The notes beneath the pieces are model-generated. The model had not been told where the DNA came from, ran no database searches, and was given only the letters and a program-made list of their open reading frames with translations. A stretch of DNA of 53,769 bases from an uncultured bacterium (GTDB taxonomy: Bacteria; Fidelibacterota; UBA2242; JAFGTP01). The stretch covers positions 1 to 53,769 of the forward strand of contig CAYYMT010000005.1 in the NCBI GenBank assembly GCA_964472715.1, read 5' to 3'. Position numbers and translations under genes: made by a program. Shown piece after piece: positions 47,650-53,769 of the stretch (within the stretch, counting starts at the first letter, position 1; every line of letters begins with the position of its first letter).

Positions 47650-48845
47650 AGAAATTAACTGTCTATTACTTTTGTTTTGAGGGCTTTAAAAAAATCGGCC
47701 GGCTAAACAATCATATTACTGAAACTGTTAACCGGTTCAGCGAACTCGGTAATCAGGTCTATTTTTTCAATCCGGATATTATTACCCCTGAGCTTGATAA
47801 AAGTATCATACAAAAACTTATTCCAGTCATCAATACACCGGTTTTGAAATATTTAACCTATGATTTTATCTCATTTTTCACAATGTGCATAAATGCCCTT
47901 AAACAACCGCCGGATATTATTTACTATCGGGAAAGTTCATCCCTGGTGCCACTTCTTGTTGCCAGATTATTTTCCAGGCCCCTATTCATAGAAATAAACG
48001 GCTGGGTTGTGGACGAATTGGCACCAATTAATTATGCAAAATATAAGTTAAGGTTGATCAAATTTATTCAGACAATAAATTACAAAAACGCAGACCGGCT
48101 TATTCCTGTTAGCAATGGCTTAAAAAAACTGATCACAAAAAATTATCAAATAAATCCGGAAAAAATATCAGTCGTCAACAACGGTACGAATCCTGAAAAA
48201 TATTATCCGATAGAAAAATCTGTGGCCAGGAAGAAAATAAATCTGGGCCGGCAGAGAAAAATTATTGGCTTTATCGGCGGCTGTTACCCTCATCATGGCA
48301 TTCAATATTTGATTAAGACAGCGCCGCTTCTTATTAAAAAATATCAAGATATATTATTCGTAGTAGCTGGTGATGGTATCATGTTGGAATCCTGGAAAAA
48401 ACTGGCAATTCACCTTAATGTTGCAGAGCATTTTTATTTTCCCGGAAATGTGCCCTATGATTTAGCCCCTTTTTATATTAATGCATTCGATATATGTGTG
48501 GCTCCCTGGGACAAAGACCTGGTGGGAAAAGTTGGCCTCTCCCCCATGAAACTGTTCGATTATCTGGCCTGTGCCCGCCCTGTTATTGCTTCTTCGGTTG
48601 ATGGCATCGATGATATTGTCACAAAAAATGATATTGGTACTACCGTCGATGTCAATGATCCGGACAAATTCGCCAGGGCAATTATCGCAGTCTATGAAAA
48701 TATTGATAAATTTGAAGAAAAAGCCCGCAGAGGATATGAATTTGTCATAAATCAGTATACCTGGCAACAAACATCTGAACAAATATATCAATTAATGGTA
48801 AATGAAATCAATGACACGAAAATTAATCCAAATAATATCAAATAA
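47646..48845 (+). CDS. Glycosyltransferase (GT-B fold, GT4-like)
   Basis: It has GLSPMKLFDYLACARPVIASSVDGIDDIV and an ATGA overlap with the upstream gene. Confidence 0.75.
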   Translation: MKKLTVYYFCFEGFKKIGRLNNHITETVNRFSELGNQVYFFNPDIITPELDKSIIQKLIPVINTPVLKYLTYDFISFFTMCINALKQPPDIIYYRESSSLVPLLVARLFSRPLFIEINGWVVDELAPINYAKYKLRLIKFIQTINYKNADRLIPVSNGLKKLITKNYQINPEKISVVNNGTNPEKYYPIEKSVARKKINLGRQRKIIGFIGGCYPHHGIQYLIKTAPLLIKKYQDILFVVAGDGIMLESWKKLAIHLNVAEHFYFPGNVPYDLAPFYINAFDICVAPWDKDLVGKVGLSPMKLFDYLACARPVIASSVDGIDDIVTKNDIGTTVDVNDPDKFARAIIAVYENIDKFEEKARRGYEFVINQYTWQQTSEQIYQLMVNEINDTKINPNNIK

Positions 48846-49752
48846 AACCATTCCCCGCCCTTTTGTCAGACACCCCAATGATGATTCCGAAGGCACTATA
48901 GAAATCTGGCGCAGTGAAGATGCAGAAAATCCTATGGTCAGCATTATTATCCCCACAGTTGATAAAACCAGGGACGGCTATTTACCGGACTTGTTAAGCC
49001 AAATTGAGAACCAGACTTTTAGAAATTGGGAGATCATCCTGGTCATCAAGGATTCGCGCCAGGGACGGGCCATTAACTGCGGTGTGGCATTGGCATCAGG
49101 AAAATATATTGCAACCTTTGATGATGATACTAAACTTGGGTCTGATGATTTATTGGAAAAGATGGTTGATCACATGGAAAGACATCCGGAATTCGGTATG
49201 GCCGGTGTGGCCAATATTCCTCCTGAAGATGCAACATGGTTCGTCAGAAAAGTGATGGAGCAACTGCCCAGACGAACATCGCCAATTGTTCAGACTATTG
49301 TCGAAAGCGATATGGCCGAGCATCCCTGCGCCATATTCCCCCGCAAAGTTTTCATGGAAATTGGCGGCGAAAATGAACTGATCCCCCGCGGCCTCGATCC
49401 TTATCTGCGTTCTGAAATACGTAAAGCCGGCTATAAAGTTGTTGTTCTGCCAAATCTTTATATTCATCATCTGCCACCGGCAAATTTCAAAAAATTCTGC
49501 AAACAATTTTTCCGGAATGGCAAAATGGCGGCTTATGTAAATAAATTTTATCCGGAATTCGTGGTGGAGTTGACAACCGGACATGAGAAAGATGTAAGAG
49601 AGAAAAGATCTATCTTTCATCGAATATTTTCTTATATTTATAGAATTTTAAAAACTATAGTTACCTTTAAAATATTTTATTTACTTAGTCTGATTGTATA
49701 TTTAGGGGGCTATATTGTTGGTTATTTAGCGCTTGATAAAAATGATATCTGA
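48802..49752 (+). CDS. Glycosyltransferase family 2 with a C-terminal TM anchor
   Basis: VSIIIPTVDK, a DDD motif (IATFDDDTKL), and a hydrophobic C-terminus support the call. The true start may be later than 48802. Confidence 0.85.
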   Translation: MKSMTRKLIQIISNKTIPRPFVRHPNDDSEGTIEIWRSEDAENPMVSIIIPTVDKTRDGYLPDLLSQIENQTFRNWEIILVIKDSRQGRAINCGVALASGKYIATFDDDTKLGSDDLLEKMVDHMERHPEFGMAGVANIPPEDATWFVRKVMEQLPRRTSPIVQTIVESDMAEHPCAIFPRKVFMEIGGENELIPRGLDPYLRSEIRKAGYKVVVLPNLYIHHLPPANFKKFCKQFFRNGKMAAYVNKFYPEFVVELTTGHEKDVREKRSIFHRIFSYIYRILKTIVTFKIFYLLSLIVYLGGYIVGYLALDKNDI

Positions 49753-49786
49753 TGCTTTTAGCCATGAAATATTGAAATTCAGGCCT

Positions 49787-49814
49787 TTGACAAAGAGTTT
49801 AAATCACATATAAT
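49787..49814 (+). promoter_or_regulatory. Consensus sigma70 promoter upstream of vapB
   Basis: TTGACA (49787-49792), a 16-nt spacer, then TATAAT (49809-49814). An inverted repeat ttttact-N8-agtaaaa lies at 49865-49886, between the promoter and the vapB start. Confidence 0.65.
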
Positions 49815-49913
49815 TTTTCACTATTTTAGTTTATTTCGGGATTTAAAAACTACCGTGCTTGTATTTTTACTACAAATGCAGTAAAATAAAAATAAATTAA
49901 GTAGGAGAATAAA

Positions 49914-50162
49914 ATGCCCTCATTACAAGTTAGAGAAGTTCCTGAAGTTCTATACAAAAAATTAACGCAACGAGCAAAAGAACAGCACCGTAGTATTGCT
50001 CAGGAAACGATTCATATTCTATCCGAAAAATTGGATATTGAAGAATCTCCAAAGAAGAAACAGGAAAAACTATTGGAGGAAATAAACAAACTTCATAAGC
50101 AATATGATTTCTCTGACCTTCCTGACCCGGTAGAAATAATTCGAAAAGACAGGCAGAGATGA
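49914..50162 (+). CDS. vapB: Ribbon-helix-helix antitoxin (VapB/FitA-like)
   Basis: 82 aa. The N-terminal PSLQVREVPEVLYKKLTQRAKEQHRSIAQE is an RHH pattern. AGGAG lies upstream, and the stop overlaps the start of the PIN gene. Confidence 0.7.
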   Translation: MPSLQVREVPEVLYKKLTQRAKEQHRSIAQETIHILSEKLDIEESPKKKQEKLLEEINKLHKQYDFSDLPDPVEIIRKDRQR

Positions 50163-50581
50163 ATATAATTTTAGATGCAAATGCAGCAGCCAGTTATGTA
50201 TTCAGATCACATTTTCATGATAAAATTGAAAATATCATATTACAAGCAAACAATATTTTAAGCCCTGATTTATACATAGCAGAAATATCTAATGTATTAT
50301 GGCAGCACTATCAATTTAAAAATTTACCTCCTGATATTTGTGAAAAACTTTTAGATATATCAATGAATATAATTAACGAATATCTAAATTCTTATAATTT
50401 ATTCAGAGAAGCTTTTTCACTAGCAACTATTACATCTCATCCTGTTTATGATTGTCTTTATTTAATTTCTGCAAGAAGGATGAACTTTCCGCTTTTAACC
50501 GTGGACAAAAAACTTATCAAAATCGCTAAAAAACACCATATCAAAGTAATCGATATTTACAACGAGAACTTAATTAAATGA
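50159..50581 (+). CDS. vapC: PIN-domain ribonuclease toxin VapC
   Basis: 140 aa with four acidic PIN residues in context: IILDAN, YIAEISN, VYDCLYL and LTVDKKL. Confidence 0.8.
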   Translation: MNIILDANAAASYVFRSHFHDKIENIILQANNILSPDLYIAEISNVLWQHYQFKNLPPDICEKLLDISMNIINEYLNSYNLFREAFSLATITSHPVYDCLYLISARRMNFPLLTVDKKLIKIAKKHHIKVIDIYNENLIK

Positions 50582-51762
50582 AAAAAACACTTTTGATCCC
50601 CGGTGATTTCCCTCCGGAAGTCAGTGGTATAGCCACTTATTTCCATGAAATATGGCAGTTCTATAATCCCGAAGAAAATATTATTCTTGCGGCCAAATAC
50701 CGGAATTATAAAAAGTTCGATAAACAGTCGCAATTAAATACCATTCGAATAGACATTCCAACTGGCAACTCTCTAATACACAAAATTTTGAAAAGCATTT
50801 TTTATACGATAAAAGTGGCTTTATTAAATCGTAAATACAATTTCAAACTTATTCACTGCGGTCAGGTTTTATCTTCGGGGATTACCGGCTGGTTAATGAA
50901 CAAACTCTTCAATATTCCCTATATAATCTATGTTTACGGATCGGAAACATACCGTTTTGGAAATAACAGATACCTGTTAAAGCTGATCAAAAAATTCCTA
51001 TTGGAAGCGGATCAAATCATTCCCAATAGTCAATTTACAATGAATGAATTTTTAGCCCTGGATATTCCAAAAGATAAATTCACAATTATTACGCCCGGCG
51101 TGGATACCGCAAGATTCTACCCCGAAGAACCTGACATTGAATTAGTTGACAAATATCAACTACAAAACAAGAAGGTATTGCTTACCGTCGCCCGTCTGGA
51201 TGAACGGAAAGGACATGATAAAGTCATTGAAGCGATTGCATCCTTGAAAGAAGATATTCCCGACATCGTCTATTTGATCGTGGGAAAAGGTCGTGAACAA
51301 AAACGTCTAAAATCCCTGGTTCGAAAATATAAAATCAGAGAAAATGTAAGATTTTGCGGTTATGTGGCAGAGGAAGATCTTCCAAAATATTACAATTGTT
51401 GTGATTTGTTTATTTTACTTAACCGGCAGACATCGAATGATGAGCAGTTAGCCGGAGATTATGAAGGATTTGGAATAGTATTTCTGGAGGCTTCCGCTTG
51501 CGGCAAACCTGTGATAGCGGGAAATTTCGGGGGTATTCATGATGCTGTGGCAGACACAAAGTCCGGGTATATTATTGATGGAAATAATATGACGGAAATT
51601 ACCACAACCATTAAAAAATTATTGCTGAATGATTACAATAAAATCCAACTGGGAAAATATGGACGGGAGCGGGCAGTGGAGTTCTTTACATGGAAAAAGA
51701 TCAGTCAGGAATTAGACGCAATTTCAAACATTGTTTTGCAGGAATACAGTGACAAACCTTAA
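50578..51762 (+). CDS. Glycosyltransferase family 4
   Basis: It has YEGFGIVFLEASACGKPVIAGNFGGIHDAV. Its ATG (50578) overlaps the vapC TGA (50579-50581). Confidence 0.85.
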   Translation: MKKTLLIPGDFPPEVSGIATYFHEIWQFYNPEENIILAAKYRNYKKFDKQSQLNTIRIDIPTGNSLIHKILKSIFYTIKVALLNRKYNFKLIHCGQVLSSGITGWLMNKLFNIPYIIYVYGSETYRFGNNRYLLKLIKKFLLEADQIIPNSQFTMNEFLALDIPKDKFTIITPGVDTARFYPEEPDIELVDKYQLQNKKVLLTVARLDERKGHDKVIEAIASLKEDIPDIVYLIVGKGREQKRLKSLVRKYKIRENVRFCGYVAEEDLPKYYNCCDLFILLNRQTSNDEQLAGDYEGFGIVFLEASACGKPVIAGNFGGIHDAVADTKSGYIIDGNNMTEITTTIKKLLLNDYNKIQLGKYGRERAVEFFTWKKISQELDAISNIVLQEYSDKP

Positions 51763-52375
51763 TTTAGATAATCTTTCCAGACCGGAGGCTTTTCAAACCG
51801 GTATTTCAAAACTGGTTAGAAAAACAGTTCTTGAACAGGTTCATACAGCTGAAGAGCCAATCCTCGATGCCTGTTGCGGAAATGGTATTTTTTTACTGGA
51901 ATATTGTGCGACCGTTAAAAATTATCATGATGTTTACGGCGTAGATATTGACGGCGAGGCGCTCAACGAGGCCAAACAATTGTTTCAGGATAATCTTCTC
52001 AAACCACCAACTTTTATTACCCATGATGTTTATAAACTTCCCTTTAATAACAATTATTTTAAGACGGTTTTTTGCCTGAACACACTGATCAATATTTATC
52101 CTTTTGAACTGGTGGAAAAATTAATTTTGGAACTTTACCGGGTATTGAAACCGGATGGCAGATTGTTTATCGATTTCCGTAATAAAAATAATCCCCTGCT
52201 GAATTATGCTTACAGAAAAAATATTATACATGGGCGGTTAACCACCTATGCTCATAAAAAGTCCGATTTCAATGTTTTATTAAACCGGCTCAGCCCGGGC
52301 GCCGTTCAATTTCAACCCATCGGTAGTCCGCTTCCTTTTCTTGCCAAGGGCTATCTGATGATAATTCGAAAGTAA
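51731..52375 (+). CDS. Class I SAM-dependent methyltransferase
   Basis: ILDACCGNGIF (motif I) and LKPDGRLFIDF are present. The start is uncertain: TTG 51731 or GTG 51749. Confidence 0.8.
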   Translation: MFCRNTVTNLNLDNLSRPEAFQTGISKLVRKTVLEQVHTAEEPILDACCGNGIFLLEYCATVKNYHDVYGVDIDGEALNEAKQLFQDNLLKPPTFITHDVYKLPFNNNYFKTVFCLNTLINIYPFELVEKLILELYRVLKPDGRLFIDFRNKNNPLLNYAYRKNIIHGRLTTYAHKKSDFNVLLNRLSPGAVQFQPIGSPLPFLAKGYLMIIRK

Positions 52376-52379
52376 TATT

Positions 52380-53576
52380 ATGAAAATGCCAACTGCCGGA
52401 ACGCCTTTTACTTTTTCGGATATAATTGCCGCCAAACCTGGCTTTTTGAAATCCAACCGGACTATAAAAGATTTTGAAGTACAATTGGCCGATTATTTCA
52501 ATACCAGTCATGTCGCACTGGTAAATTCCGGTACTACGGCTTGTTATATTCTCCTGGAATATCTGAAAAGCCAGCGGAAAGATGCGCAACAGACAGAAAT
52601 TATCATGACCAATTATACTGCGCCTTCACTGATTCTGCCAATCAAAAAGGCCGGACTGGAATGTGTTGTCGTCGATACTTCCAAAGTTGATTTTAACATC
52701 AATATTGAACAGATTCAGAAACATATTTCCAATAAGACTCTGGCCATTATGCCGATTCATATGTTTGGCATTCCCACGAATGTGGAAAAAATCCGGGCAA
52801 TAGTGGCCAACAGGGATATTTTTATTCTCGAAGATGCCGCTTCATCACTGGGCAGTCAAATCGATGACAATCATGCCGGAACAATCGCTGATTTCGGATT
52901 TTACTCGCTTAACCGCGGCAAAAATATTTCCACCCTTAGCGGCGGAATTATAACCTGGCAGAAAGATCAGGACAGTAGCGGTATACGCAAAAGAGTTGCT
53001 CAACTTCCTAAGTTGAAGACAACCGGCAGGCTGAAAATGATGTTAAAATTTTTCGCACTGACCTTAGCGGTTCGCCCTTTGTTTTATACGATCCTCAATC
53101 CTTTGATCAATAAATTCAAATATACGACTTTGCACGAGGATTTTGAATCCTTTGCTTACACCGCTTTTCAGGCTGCCGTCGGAAAAAATCTGTGGAAACG
53201 GGAGCGCAGTCTAACACAAGCCAGAATTGATAATGGCCGGAAATTAACCGCCATCTTCAGCCGTATGCAAGAAATACAAATACCCAACATTCCGGATAAT
53301 TATACTGTGGCCTATAATCAATTCCCAATAGTGATTCGAGACCTCAGCAAGCGCTCACAGTTTGAACAAAAATTAAATGATGCGGGCATCGAAACCACAC
53401 GCTTGTATGAAAAAACCCTTGCGCAGATCTATCCGGAGTTCATTAAAAACAGCGATGAGGTCTTTCCGAATTCCAAATATTTAGCCGGTCATCTGTTATT
53501 AATTCCACCCCATCCACAAATTAAAGACCGCCATCTCAATAAAATTCAAAAAATCGCGGAATCACTTTTCTCATGA
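52380..53576 (+). CDS. DegT/DnrJ/EryC1/StrS-family PLP-dependent sugar aminotransferase/dehydratase
   Basis: It has VNSGTTACYILL, ILEDAASSLGS, and FYSLNRGKNISTLSGG with a candidate PLP lysine. Confidence 0.8.
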   Translation: MKMPTAGTPFTFSDIIAAKPGFLKSNRTIKDFEVQLADYFNTSHVALVNSGTTACYILLEYLKSQRKDAQQTEIIMTNYTAPSLILPIKKAGLECVVVDTSKVDFNINIEQIQKHISNKTLAIMPIHMFGIPTNVEKIRAIVANRDIFILEDAASSLGSQIDDNHAGTIADFGFYSLNRGKNISTLSGGIITWQKDQDSSGIRKRVAQLPKLKTTGRLKMMLKFFALTLAVRPLFYTILNPLINKFKYTTLHEDFESFAYTAFQAAVGKNLWKRERSLTQARIDNGRKLTAIFSRMQEIQIPNIPDNYTVAYNQFPIVIRDLSKRSQFEQKLNDAGIETTRLYEKTLAQIYPEFIKNSDEVFPNSKYLAGHLLLIPPHPQIKDRHLNKIQKIAESLFS

Positions 53577-53769
53577 AAAAAGTTATGCACATAATAACCC
53601 GGCTTGACAAAGGCGGCTCAGCGGAATTGGTTTTGCAAACCTGCGCCAAATTAGTCGATTTAAATTACCAGGTAATATTAATTGCCGGAAAAACCACCCA
53701 TGCGCCTCTTGATCCGCGACAATACGCGCGGCAAAACGGATTTGAAATTCAATTTGTGAATTCCCTGGT
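53573..53769 (+). CDS. Glycosyltransferase family 4 N-terminal fragment (runs off window)
   Basis: ATG 53573 overlaps the upstream TGA. MKKVMHIITRLDKGGSAELVL is a typical GT4 N-terminal pattern. The frame stays open to the window end. Confidence 0.6.
   Translation, partial: MKKVMHIITRLDKGGSAELVLQTCAKLVDLNYQVILIAGKTTHAPLDPRQYARQNGFEIQFVNSL

Overview
The window looks like a chromosomal segment from a diderm bacterium, probably in the FCB group or a related candidate phylum. That guess rests on a PorU-like C25 peptidase with a T9SS-type C-terminal domain, and it is inference only. No rRNA, tRNA, CRISPR array or transposase was recognised.

The left ~33 kb is densely packed housekeeping DNA:
- A 3'-truncated TrkH/KtrB K+ transporter gene on the minus strand, missing from the ORF track because it runs off the window edge.
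- A structured ~200-bp-period tandem repeat.
- The ffh-rpsP-KH-rimM-trmD-rplS operon on the minus strand.
- The PorU-like peptidase gene, then maf and a rodZ-like gene.
- A complete dcw cluster: mraZ-rsmH-ftsL-ftsI-murE-murF-mraY-murD-ftsW-murG-murC-ftsQ-ftsA-ftsZ, with no murB or ddl.
- rpmB, a dus gene, a folB-folK-deoxynucleoside kinase operon, and groES-groEL.

From about 32.7 kb to the right edge the character changes to a visibly more A/T-rich Wzx/Wzy-type exopolysaccharide locus:
- A radical SAM enzyme and an orphan CheY-like receiver.
- A Wza-like exporter and a Wzc-like BY-kinase carrying an extra C-terminal TM segment plus a SPOR-like domain.
- A Wzy-like polymerase and a Wzx flippase.
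- Seven glycosyltransferase genes (the last truncated by the window edge), a methyltransferase and a DegT-type aminotransferase.

The most interesting candidate is a translationally coupled three-gene cassette at 40245-42507, between wzy and wzx. It encodes a PqqD-like peptide-binding (RRE) protein, an HPr-kinase-like P-loop kinase, and a eukaryote-type protein arginine methyltransferase (PRMT)-like enzyme. No lasso or other RiPP core enzymes and no obvious precursor peptide accompany it.

A VapBC toxin-antitoxin pair also sits inside the glycosyltransferase run. It has its own consensus sigma70 promoter, and its stop codon overlaps the start of the next glycosyltransferase gene.
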